A stretch of 63,723 nt of DNA, the filler included, from Reticulomyxa filosa (Eukaryota; Protista; Foraminifera): NCBI GenBank assembly GCA_000512085.1. It is 17 parts of 17 records of this genome, joined end to end, with 100 filler letters (N's around TTAATTAATTAA, not from the genome) between each part and the next. Parts side by side here need not be neighbours in the genome. Positions count along the whole stretch, not along the records: positions 41,643 to 47,574 come from ASPP01020583.1; positions 47,675 to 48,741 come from ASPP01044463.1; positions 48,842 to 52,017 come from ASPP01026429.1; positions 52,118 to 56,656 come from ASPP01023228.1; 13 more parts are not named here. One strand, written 5' to 3'. This document shows, in pieces, positions 41,695-54,104 of this stretch (position 1 is its first letter; each line of letters begins with the position of its first letter). Below the pieces are notes generated by a model. It was not told the DNA's origin. It worked only from the letters and a program-made list of their open reading frames with translations, and searched no databases. The translations under genes and the position numbers were made by a program.

Positions 41695-42689
41695 AAGAGG
41701 TGCTCAAATTTGTAAATAATAAATCACAAGAATTGACAGCATTGATCCGAGATAATCAATATTCTTTGAAAAAATTTGATACACTTATTGTGATATATAT
41801 GTATATGTATATATGTATATATATATATGCACATATATGTATATATTAAATAATTGACTAATTTTATGTTATTTTATTTGAAACATACAACAAATCAAAG
41901 GAAGATATGAAGGTAATGAAATTGACAGCTGAACAAAGAGAAAAAGATTTGTCAATGCTGCGATTATTGATTGAAGAACAACAAAAATTAAAAACAGCAA
42001 TGGAAATTGAAAAAAAGGAAATGGATGACAATATGTCCCTTGATGACAAACAAATAAAAAAAAAGCCATGTGAAGAAATGGTAGTGATGGTGATACAATC
42101 TCCCACATTTTCTCCGCAATTAAAAAATGGAGTAGATTTTTTGTTGGTGAGTGAAAACAATAAGACTGTCAAATTAAAAAATCATGCTTGGAATAAATAT
42201 CCATTTGGAATGTATTTACTTGGTGAGAACATCACTGTTACTGTTGATCTTCCTCAAAAAGCAAAATTCGGACATCTCAAAGTCAAGACAAGCCATTTGT
42301 GGATCAAACATCATAATTCCACCATTGATTGCTCTGGATTGGGAGGCCTTTGTCGTGATCCCACCGGGGATTTTGACGACACCTTATTAAAGCGAATTAT
42401 ATGTGGTCGTGGTAGTAATACAGGAGGCCGTGGAGGAGGTGCTATTGAAATGATAATTGAACAGCAACTGGTAAATCAAGGTATAATTCGGGCTAATGGA
42501 GGTTCTGGAGGTGGTGGAGCAATATTGATAATATTACAGTCCAAATATAGTACTTTTCAACACATTTTAGGTCATATCCATTGTCATTCAGGGATGGTAG
42601 ATACGTATTTCCGAGGTAGAATTGCAATTTACGGTACAAAACTGTCTTCTGAAGAATTAAGCAAAATAGATCCAGTCCCTGTTAATTGA
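41695..42689 (+). CDS. C-terminal part of a coiled-coil plus Gly-rich (GGRGGG/NGGSGGGG) hypothetical protein
   Basis: ORF 41907..42689 with GRGGGAIEM, IIRANGGSGGGGAILI and GRIAIY; short upstream exon after the (ATT)n contig start. Confidence 0.55.
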
Positions 42690-43362
42690 AAAAGAGATTA
42701 AATCAAATATCACTTATTTTTGGATAAGAACTTGTTATCATAATTGAGTGATGTCACATTGTACATTATCAATCATTTCATTCAATCGCACTTTTCAAAT
42801 AACAGAGTTGTAATGAAAAATAACACTATGTCTGATTTCTTGTCAATAAAAATTCACTCCATTTAAATATAATTAAATCGAATTTAATAATATCACAAAT
42901 TGAAAATAAATTTTATCATTCAAATTCTGTTACAATAAAAAGAGTGAAAAGATAAAACAATTGGCATTATATTTGAAAAAGGAAATGTAAATAATAAACT
43001 AAATGTCTAATTTCAATTTTTGCAGAAATTTATATATCTACCCCAAACACAAATAAAGCCATCAGCAATGTCATAATTACTTTTGCTTTCTTTTTTAATT
43101 ATAAAAATTTTCCACAATTTCTCCTTTAATCAGACATGATCTATTCTTATTTGATCGAATATCCAATGAGCCAGAAAATATCACATTTGAACTTCCACCA
43201 TTTCATTATATTTACTGAAAGATGAATATTCAACAGATGTCACATAATATGTATATCCATTAAAAATTTGAATTTGTTGGTTTGTTGAAAGAATTTTTTT
43301 GTTCTGAAAAATCTATTCCAAAACAAAAACTTGATAATAAAATTGAACAATAAAAATATAAG

Positions 43363-45800
43363 ATGTTAATAGTACAAGTGGAAGAAACAGAAAGAATAAA
43401 AACTTTGTCACTTGAAGGATGTTATGACAAAAACTGGCTGGCGTCTACCAATAAATTAAAACATTTACAAAACTTTCAGTGTTTATTATGTAATCAAATT
43501 GCAAACAATGCGATGGAATTAACTTGTAATGAACATGAAGATCATAAAGAAACACTGGTAGTTGGAGAACAATGTTTAATACAGTATCTAAGCGAGAATA
43601 ACAATCAATGTCCTGTTGGAAAACATAAAGATTGCACGTACGTAAAGGTACGAGCTTTGAGGAATGTTATTGGCGGATTGAAAGTGATCTGTCTTCAACA
43701 GTTTATAATTCAATCGAATTTGAAAACAAATATGCAAACAAAAAAAGGTGATATAATCACAGAAGCGAAGCAATGTTGCAAATTTAAAGGAAAGCTAGAA
43801 GAGATGAAAGATCATCTAGGAAATGAATGTCCTTTGAAGCCATTGGAATGCAAATTTAAAAAATTTGGTTGTGATGATGTTCTATATGTTTCTAATTTTG
43901 AACAACATTTGCAATTGCAAATGAAGAAACACTTAGATTTGTTATTGAATTATATTATTCGTCAATCGAATCCAATTGTTATTTTATATATATATATATT
44001 TATTCATTTACTTTACTTGAAAATAAAACTGTTTACTGATTGTGTGTAATCAAATTATAATTTAGGAAGAAACAGAAAAATTAAAATTGAAAATTAAAGA
44101 ACAAGAGAATGAAATTCGATCGTTAAAATTAGATAATGAAAACAAAACAATACAAATTGAAAACTGTTTGAAAGAGAAGCAAAAATGGGATGAAAAAGAA
44201 AAAGAGGTGAAAGAACAGCACATCCAATTTACAAACTTAGTAAAAGAAAGAGAGGGTCTCTGTTAAAACAAAATAATGGATACCAAGTTTATTGTTTATA
44301 TATATTTCTATATATATATATATATATGTACATAAAGGATGAATTAAATCAGTTGAAATCCAAAATAAATGAAAGTGATATAATTAATACCGAGATGAAT
44401 CAATTAGAAAAACAAATACAAAGTAAATGTGATGAAATTAACAAATTAAACCATGATATCGAATGCAAAGATAAACAAATTGCGGATAAAGATAATTTAA
44501 TTCAACAAATACAAACAAACATTGAAACAATCAAAAAAGATTTCCATGATAAAGAAAAACAATTGTCGTCTCATTATGAGAAAACAAATAAAGGATTTGA
44601 AGAAAAATATTCAAAATTAACACAAGATTATCAAAGTGTAGTCAAAAAACTGAATGAAAAAAATGGAACTAAAGAACAAAAAAAACAAATTGATAAAGAT
44701 AATTTTTCATTTTTAACATTAACCAAATTACTCAATACTTTCAATGGACATACTGATCGTGTAACAAGTATAGATCATTCAACATTTGATGGTAGACAGT
44801 TTATTTATTCTGGATCACTAGATAAAACAGTTCGTGTATGGGATGTTGATAATAACAAACAAATTCAGTTATTCAATGGACATGCAGGTGAAGTGTATTG
44901 TGTAAAATTTTCACAATACCATTACCAAAACCATCGTTGTAATATCATTTGTTCTTCATCATTCGACAAAACCATTCGCTTTTGGGATATCAAAAATAAT
45001 CAACAATTGCAAATATTCAAAGGACACACTGGTGGTGTTAATGGAATTGAATTTTCAATATTTAATGGTGGTCGATATTTATGCTCTGGATCTGATGACT
45101 GGACTATTCGTTTATGGGATGTTGAAACATCCAATTCATTGCATATTTTCAATGAACAAGGAAGTGCTTGTTGTGTAGCTATTTCACCACTACAAAGCCA
45201 TAACAACAATGACAATAGTGTCGGTGTAATTGGTGGTAATGGATATACAATTTGTTCTGGATTAAGTGATAATACGATTTGCATGTGGGACATTGAAACA
45301 ACCAAACAATCGATTATATTTGAAGGACATGGAGATCATGTGAAAAGTGTAAAATATGATCAAATGAATTAGAGATTATTGGTTATTCAAATACAATTTT
45401 ATCTGGATCAAATGATAAAAGTGTTCGTTTGTGGGATATTCGATCTGGCCAACAAATTCAAGTGTTCAAAGGACATGTAGATTATGTGAATGCTGTTGAA
45501 TATTTGCCATTTGTAATAAAGAATGGTAGTGATGTTATTGGTGATAGTTCAAATGTGATATGTTCTGGATCAATGGATAATACAATTCGATTTTGGGATA
45601 TTCGATCAAATAAGAATGGATTATATATGATCAAAGGAGATAAAGAAGATGAAGGAATTAGATCCCTTAAATTTTTGTCATTGCAAAAGAAAGAGAAGGA
45701 GAATGAATACCAAAAAAATGATTATTGTTTCAATTTGTGCTATGGTTCATTTGGGGGTCCCATTCGTATTTGGGGGAGATCTATCTTTAACAGGAAATGA
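43363..45800 (+). CDS. RING-like/TRAF zinc finger, coiled coil and WD40 protein; one 1-nt frame break (possible pseudogene)
   Basis: FQCLLC...CLIQYL...QCPV, HLGNECPLKPLECKFKKFGC...FEQHL and repeated GH...WD units. At 45358, TATGATCA interrupts the expected KYGSNE. Confidence 0.8.
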
Positions 45801-47455
45801 TTTTTTTGTAGGGTTTGATGATTGAGAAAGAAGCAGAGGAATAAGATTTTGAAATACACACACAAAATCATCTTTGTTAATGTATGCGATAATAGCGTTT
45901 GAAGTACTTATTTAAAAAAAATTTGTGCGTTAGAATTGAAAATAGTGTGTGAAATACGTGTTTTTCCATCCATGAATAAAACAAAGCAAAGTTAATAATA
46001 ATGTACAATTGTGTCGGCTTTTGTTTTCTTTCTTCAATTGTTCAATTTCATGTTTGAATATGTAATTAACCCTATTATTTTATACATGTGATAATCAATG
46101 AAAAAAAGACTAAACATAACCAGTTACTAAATTATTGCAAGGAAATGATTTCTTGAAACAAGTTTTAAATATCTATATTTAAAAAAAATAACACTGCCCA
46201 ATTTTAGCATTTGAAGACAATACAGTGAGGGTGGAACAACAAATAAAAAATGATTGTAACAATAAAGAAAATATGGGCCAATCATACGAAAAAACAAAGT
46301 ACTGATGAGAAATGTTATGAAGATATTGCACCAATAATAATACTTCCATCAAAGGAATAATTAAAATTTTCCCTTTTTCTACAAAACAAATGTAATTTGC
46401 TAACGAGTATCATCCATTAATAAAACATTAATTCTATCAAAAAATATTAACTAAAATAAACCAAAATAAAATAAGTCCATATTCGCAAACAGAATGATTA
46501 GATAGTCATATTAATTGCTGAAAAAAATTTACTTCATTTAATTCATTCAAAAAATGATCAAAATTTTTGCTGTTAAAAAAAAGATACTATCCCCAAACAC
46601 AGATAGTACCATCATTTGAACCTACAATAGATTAATACCACGGCAAATATTACCATTGTTGTCAATCTTCTTTCCTCTCTTTTTTAAAAGTAAAAATTTA
46701 AGACTAATGATTTGTGTCTTTTCATCATTTTCTTCTAATTAATTCAGTCACAAACAAGTATAATAAAAACTAGCTTTCTGAAAGATTAAAATGGGATTTA
46801 CCATGCCAGTTGTATTGAAGTTTATTTTTTATAACTAGAAGTAGTCATTCTTGAATTTCTCTTGATATCGCTGTTAGATGAAAAATTAGTTGAACTTTTT
46901 TAAATTAAGATAAAATTGAATTTTGAAAGTGCTGTGGAAAAACTTCTCTTAATAAATATCTTCTGTTTTTAGGACAATGCATGTTTGAAAGTTTTGCAAA
47001 GAAATTTTATTGTTTTGATATCACATTTTCGCTTTCTTAAAAATATCAATATTTAAAAATATAATGGTTGCAATTCATAAAAATATAATATATCTTGCCA
47101 AAAATATGATTAAATATCGAGTAATCAATACTCCGCACAATATCAGTATGTCCATTGAATATATTATATTGGTGAAATATATCAAACTTAAGTGTGCTTT
47201 AATGTTGATAAAATATTTGCATTTATATGACACTCATTGTTTTTATTCTTTAATTTCATTTTTACCATTTACTTTTTTAGATACACTTTGAAAATTTTGT
47301 GTTATTTTTGAATTTTTTCTTCTAACTTTTTAATAGTTTTCTCATACAAAGCTGAAAATTGTTTTTCCTTTTGGATATTGTTTGATTAAACATCTGTTTG
47401 CATTTGTTGATTTAACTTATCTTTATCGATAATTTGTGTATTTTTTAATTGAATG

Positions 47456-47574
47456 TGTGGGGAGTCTACTGTGGAGAACTGTACTAAATGTAATACGAAA
47501 GGAACTTAGTTCTAAAAGAACAATTTCAGTAAAAGGAAAGTAAGAAAAACAAGGAAGTAAGAAGTAGTTAACTG
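47456..47574 (+). repeat. Dispersed repeat copy 1 (LTR-like 5' end), cut by contig end
   Basis: TGTGGGGAGTCTACTGTGGAGAA...GAAGTAGTTAACTG, near-identical to 53455..53607. Confidence 0.85.
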
Positions 47575-47674
47575 NNNNNNNNNNNNNNNNNNNNNNNNNN
47601 NNNNNNNNNNNNNNNNNNTTAATTAATTAANNNNNNNNNNNNNNNNNNNNNNNNNNNNNNNNNNNNNNNNNNNN

Positions 47675-48097
47675 TCATTTGGAACGCTTGACGAAATGGG
47701 CTTCACACGTTCAATTAAAAGAGACTCAGTTTTGTATTGGCCAGAATAACTTCGGTCGCGTATTTCATTCCTCAAAGACTGTCTTGGATGAACCTGATCA
47801 TGACCATGGTTATGGTTATGATTGTGGTCATAGCCATGGCTATGACTATGGTTATTAGCATGACTGTAGCCATAGCCGCGACTATGACTATGGTTATGAT
47901 TATGGCTCTGACTGTGATGAGACAGTGTGGGGTAGATAATATTAGGATGTGAGCTCTGTCGATGTCGGGTGGTGTTTGCGCAGGGAGACTTGCGGCCATT
48001 GCCTTTGACTTTTCTGCCATGCATTGTTTGAGTCCCATCGACGAACGGACGAGGCAAAGACTGGCATTCCCAGTGTGTCGTTACTTGCGAATGCACA

Positions 48098-48132
<35 letters not shown>

Positions 48133-48741
48133 AGCATGTGCGCGTGCGTGCGAATTCGAATGCAAATGTGCATTAGAATCATTTGGGTAGATGCAACTCT
48201 GACTCAAATAATGGTCCGCACGCTGCGACCGCTTCCCATAGTGCGGCTTCTTGTCATTCGCAAGTGATTTTAAACTCAAGTTCATGTTCAGCTCGTCGCT
48301 GCTGTGGTCGTATTTGCTATCGCTCTCGTACGCTCTTCGTCCGGGACCCGCTCCCACACCTGAGCCAATGCCAATGGTTGCACGACCACCACTGCTGTTA
48401 CCATTCGCAGCGACCCCACTACGACCATGTCCATGGCCATGTCCATGACCATGACCATGACCATGTCCATGTCCATGTCCATGGCTATGCCCATGACTAT
48501 GATTTGCATTACGACTTCCAAAAGACGGCGTGGCGGAAAGACCTGAAGGATAGACAGTAGTGGTGTTTTTTGGAGGACGGGATTTCGGCAATCGGATTGA
48601 ATGTCTGGTTTTGTTTTCAGCTGACTTTGCTACCGCATACATCTCATCTGCATCGGCGTCTGCGTCTGTGCTTGCGCTCATGACTCTGTTATCACCACCA
48701 CCATTGCCATTGCCATTGCCATTGCCATTGCCATTGCCATT
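47675..48741 (-). CDS. Internal fragment of a low-complexity His/Gly/Gln-rich protein
   Basis: Open across the whole contig; (NG)n, (HG)n, polyQ and (HN/HS)n tracts. Confidence 0.55.
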
Positions 48742-48841
48742 NNNNNNNNNNNNNNNNNNNNNNNNNNNNNNNNNNNNNNNNNNNNTTAATTAATTAANNN
48801 NNNNNNNNNNNNNNNNNNNNNNNNNNNNNNNNNNNNNNNNN

Positions 48842-51800
48842 ATAATAATAATAATAATAATAACAATAATAACAATAATAACAATGAATACTGGGGCTTT
48901 CGAATGGAATCGTTTGGCATATTTTCAGATGGAGAAGTAGCAATTGATTTTCCATGGTTGTTGGACTTGCAATCGCAATTGTTTCAGTTATGCAACTCCA
49001 CGAGTTTTAATCTGTTGTATTCCTCTCAGGGATATCCCGTCGCTCATCCACAGTACCACGGCATCCCCAATCATTTGTTTTCGCTATCGCTGTTTTCCAA
49101 TGGTTGGTATGGACAATGGTCCTGCAATCCACCCGACCTGTTCGCGCCGATCAGCAGCTCGCCGAAGCAAGAGGACGCCAAGATGGACAAAGACAAGGAT
49201 GAGGAAAAAGATGTGAATCTATCTTCACGTGCGGTAATCGCGTTATATAATAACGATTTTCCTCGAAAAACAGAGTATGTGACACGCCTGTGGTGCCAGA
49301 TGTCGCACAACTTGGTGGTGCCCAAATCGCTGGTTGATATAATTGCCAAGGTCCGACCCATGGTATTGTCCGCGTTGATCCGCCATTTGCCAAAGGAGAC
49401 ACAGTCGTGCTTTTTCAGCGACAAAGACAAATCGTTGACGGAAGTGGCCACGATGAAAGAGGTGTTTATGATTGGAAACAACGTGTTGCGTTGGTGTGTG
49501 GATCGATTGAGAGACGCGAAGAAAAATGGCGAGCTCATTCGAAAATTGAAGCATTGCGACGTCCAAATCAAACATCAAAAGAAAGTGGTCGACCACTTGT
49601 TGGCGCAATCGATCGGAGTGATTGATCGAAAAGTGCCAAAGGCATCCGAAAGTAAGGAACAGCCACCAATTGTCAAAGATGGCGATGTGAATGCAAATAA
49701 CAACACAAATGAAAAACAAGCAGAAGTAGACGCAGAAGCAAAAGTAGAAGTAGACGCAGAAGCAAAAGAAAAGGAAAACATAAAAGAGAATAATGAGGAA
49801 AACCTGCAAACGCATTCCGACGTTAAAAAATTGGAAGATTTATTGAAAGAGCGAAAGCATTTGATTCACACGGCATCGAAAGAAGAAATAGTATTTGCAT
49901 ACAAATATCTGCAAGATAAAGGAAAAAAAGAAATACTGGACCTGTTGTCAGACGGCGTGTCGTTTGAGTGGATGAATTATCACACGATATCGGCGGTCCA
50001 AGTTGCGCTAATGCGCTCTTATCTGAGCAGTCGTGCGCAGCACATGTTCGACGCATTCGAGTCGACGGACGAGCAATTGTACGAACTCACGATCCGGCCG
50101 TTGCAGCATCGCATTGAAATCCTGTTGCAATTGAACACGAATCCACAGATCACTATGGACGTCATCCAAGAGTTTCTATGTAGCGAGCTGGCGTTTTCCT
50201 TTGGCCCAAATCCATGTCCAGCAATCACGCAAATCATTCAATCACGACACGTAGTGAAGCAACATAAGATCGAAGCCGTGAAGAAAATGCTGGAAACAAT
50301 TGAGTTGGCAGAGCAGTGCTATAGCAAGTGCGCCTTGTGTCTGGCAGTCCACATCCCTTCGCCTTGGGTGTGGTGTTACTTTGACGGACTGGCGGGATTG
50401 AACATGAGCGAAGAAACACACGATCTGAGAGAGATGATGAAGATTTGGGTGCACAAGCTCACGCAGATTGGCAACAAAGTCGCGCAGTCTTTGGCCTCAG
50501 TGCAATACTCGCCCGTTGTCAGCAGCAGCAATAGCAGTGGCGGTGGCGCGGGACGAGGTCGAAAGAGAAGTGGAAGCAGATTGCAGACATTGGACGATGG
50601 ATCGATCCAACTCTTCCGAGTCATTTTGCGTAGTCTGTCATCGTGTCAATTGACAGCTAGTGACATGAGCATTTTAATGGAGAGCAATTTGCTAATGGTG
50701 CTGTTTCAATGGGAGCATATCCTGTGTCATTGCGAGTGGATTCGTATCGAGTCGTTGTGGCACGACATGATGAAATTGATTGAGAGTTGTACGGAGGGAT
50801 GGTTCCAGTATGCGCAGTTCTCTTCTATCTCATCATCATCCTCATCCTCCGTCCAATCGCATCAACATCAAGTGGAAACGTCGCAAATCGCAAATATTCT
50901 TGTCGCGCAAATACTCAAACGCTTAGACTTTGAGATTCGTCATTGCTTTGACAAAACGGGCAAAAAGTCGGAAAAGTCGGTGGAGTGTATGTGTCGCTAT
51001 TTGAAGCTGATCCATCGCTTGCAAGCATTCACATCGATTGCCAATACATTGCGATCTCCGGCTAATCTCTCGTGTTTCACATCGGTGCTGTTGCCCATTG
51101 TCGTACATTGTCATCTGTTCGGACCACACCAACTGTCGGTCCTGTCACTGGCCACTCGTAGTCTATGTCATTTGCTGCCACAGTTCGACGTGGCGCAGTT
51201 CAATACCATCTTTGAACACAACAAAGACAAGTGGTCGCAAATATACACCGCCGTGCCCTTTGACGACGCCACGTCGTTTATTAAGTTTCTACTGCTTCAC
51301 ATTGGCGAGGCCTGCGTGGTCGACGTGCCCACGTCGCAAAGCACGCCCGACGCCAATCCCAATAGCAATCAGCTGCCGCCCGATTTGAAACTTGCGCCGC
51401 ATACCATCAGTGGCACGTCCCAGCCCGACGTGGACACCAAGCAAGGCACGTACTCGGTCGTCATCAAACTACCTGTCGAAGGCACCTCCTCCATGGTCGA
51501 CGGAATGGTCGCACATTTGCTGGACAACATCTTTTATCGCAAGATGCAGGAGTTTGTTCGCATGCAACAACCCGAAAGTGGGGCGCTCTTGGGACAGCTG
51601 GACGGCACGTCGCATCCGGCCACGGCAATGCCCGCCGCCGCCGCCGCCTCCGCCTCCTCCTCCTCCACGGTTGACTCGAGCATATTGAAGTCGTCTAGAC
51701 ACCCGCAATTCACGCGCAAAAACGCCTTTGAGCGACTGTTGGAGCAGACCACCAATGTGAGTGTGGACATAGGCAGAAGTGGGGAGAACCTGTTCGGGGA

Positions 51801-52017
51801 GGAAATGAACGAAGATGAAGATGACAATGATGATGATGATGATCGACGACGACGACGACGACGACGAGGAGGAGGAAGAGGAAGAAGAAGATGAAGAAGA
51901 ACAAGAAGAGGCAAACGCAGAAGAAAATGCTGCAACAACAGCGACAGCAGCAGTAGCAGTGGCCTCTTCTTCTACAGCACAAAAGGAGGAAGAAGAAGAA
52001 GAAGAAGAAGAAGAAGA
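48842..52017 (+). CDS. Internal ~1000-aa exon of a very large, probably alpha-helical protein
   Basis: Uninterrupted 996-aa ORF with coding-like GC content. The apparent poly-Arg end is a frame slip at ~51843 in a (GAT/GAC/GAA)n acidic tract. Confidence 0.75.
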
Positions 52018-52117
52018 NNNNNNNNNNNNNNNNNNNNNNNNNNNNNNNNNNNNNNNNNNNNTTAATTAATTAANNNNNNNNNNNNNNNNNNNNNNNNNNN
52101 NNNNNNNNNNNNNNNNN

Positions 52118-53003
52118 TTTTATCAAGCCAAGCAGCCATTCTGCATTCAAATTATAGCGATGTCGCACGCAACGAAGGGCGATAAGCACTGGCGCATTTG
52201 CAATATGCTTGCTGTATGAAGTCCTTTGATAGTGTGCTTCTCGAAGGTCCATTTCCTCAAACACAATAGTCTCCACATTCGACAGCCACCAATTCAACCG
52301 CATTTTCGCGGGCTCACTATCCTTTACTTCATTGCGAATGCGAGACAGTTCCAAGTTAAATGCGTGCAGCACAATTATCCCCAGTTTTTGTGTTTCATTG
52401 CATTTCAAGCACTGCAATGCCAAAAACGTTTGTGGCTCTTGTTTTCTGTGTGTGTATATATTTCATTTGGAACTTTTTCCCCCCCCTTTTTTTTTTTGCA
52501 CCATTTTAATACAAAAAAAAGGGCAAAAGATTTAAAAATAAAATGGACGCATGATGGCATAAACTTGTCATTTTGATAACTAACTGTACTTCTGCAATAC
52601 AATATTGAAATGCATGTTCCACTTGTTTTTCTTTTTCTTTTGGTAATGGTGTTCTAATCCGTTCTGGTTTTGGATCTTGTTTTGTTGCAGTGTTTGACTT
52701 TGACTCCTTGTTTGGTACTTCCGATTCAGTTTGCTGAGTTTGTGCTACTTGTTCTCTCTTGTCTTCATCTCCTTTCTGTGTTGCGACTCTCTCTTGTGTC
52801 GAAAGGGGAAGTTCCATTTCATCCTTTGCTTCTTTCGTTGAAAATTGATGTCTTCTGGGCATTAGCAGAGTTGTTGCTTTCCATTCGCTTTTCAATATCC
52901 ATGGTCGTTGCGCCTTCAAACGACTTGCTAGCTCATATTCACTGGCTGAACATAGCTTCCCAAGCAGATATCTTCGTCCATGGAATCTCAAAAAATTCTG
53001 CAT
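52118..53003 (-). CDS. NDUFAF6: Complex I assembly factor NDUFAF6 (phytoene/squalene synthase-like), 5' part
   Basis: Arg-rich mitochondrial presequence; AFQYCIAEVQ-KQEPQTFL across an intron; LHAFNLELSRIR...AKMRLNWW...PVLIAL. Confidence 0.85.
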
Positions 53004-53454
53004 TTTTTTTAAAAATTTTTTTTTACTGTCAGCAGTCGCGAGTTCGAGTCTTGTGAATATTTTTAAAATTTTTTTTCCTTGAGCGAACGAAATTTACTTT
53101 CATTGGTTTTTTTGCTTTTTTTTTGTCCAATGACAAACAAGTCAAGTTAATTCAAAAGCATAAGAACTAAAATTTTTTTTTTTAGTAAGATTGTTTTTAA
53201 TGAAAATTACCATTTAGTTAAATCACTTTTTGCATTGTATACTGATTGTATTATATATGGCATTGACTTTGTTAAGTTTGTGCGTGTTTCTTTGTTAATT
53301 TTTTCAAATTCTAATTCAAATTGTTTACAAATTCCTTCTTTTGATCTGAATGTACATTGAGCAAAAAAAAATAAATAAAGGATAAAATATTGAAATAATT
53401 AGGAAATATTTAATAAAAAACCAAAATGATATTTAAAAAATACACGATTTATAG

Positions 53455-53778
53455 TGTGGGGAGTCTACTGTGGAGAATCTGCACTAAATGTAATACGAAA
53501 TGAACTTAGTTCCAAAAGAACAATTTCAATAAAAGGAAAGTAAATTAAAGAGAATTAATGACAAAAGGAAAGTAAGAAAAGACAAGGAAGTAAGAAGTAG
53601 TTAACTGAGGAAGTTTAACCAAAGGGAGCTCCTCAGTTCCATACAAGTTCAACTGTGTGACAAGGGCTTGCCCTACAATGTGGTAGATGAAAGGGAATAA
53701 CTCACGCTAAGTATGTTCTTGGCTTTAGTATTTTCATTTACCACTTTGTCGATTTTGTGAAGCTGGATCTTCATCACA
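53455..53778 (+). mobile_element. Dispersed repeat copy 2, possible solo LTR
   Basis: 53455..53607 matches 47456..47574. Starts with TG; a candidate ...CATCACA end lies at 53778. The right boundary is uncertain and there is no clean target-site duplication. Confidence 0.45.
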
Positions 53779-54104
53779 TATCTTCTTTTACGATATGTAT
53801 TGGATATGTTCAAGATTATGTTGTTAACACCTGAAACAAGATTCGAAGTAAACACCAGAACTTATTTCCATAAGCTTTTCTTGACTGTTTCTTCTTTTAG
53901 CATTTTTGTTTTGTCAAATGCTGTCTCAAAGAGTAACACTTTTGCATCTTCTCACGTGTGCGGATATTTGAAACTGCTTTGCTCGGTCAACTGTGTGACA
54001 GAATTACAAAAAAAGGAAAAATTGTTTCGCACCACACTAAGGTTAAAAAGGAAACACAAAAAGCGCAATAATAAATCAAACATCCGGCATAAAAATTGTA
54101 GCAA

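Noticed and set aside
51840-51894. Poly-Arg/RGG C-terminus of the 996-aa ORF
   Set aside because: It comes from a 1-nt slip in a trinucleotide tract near the contig end; the likely real frame is poly-Asp/Glu.
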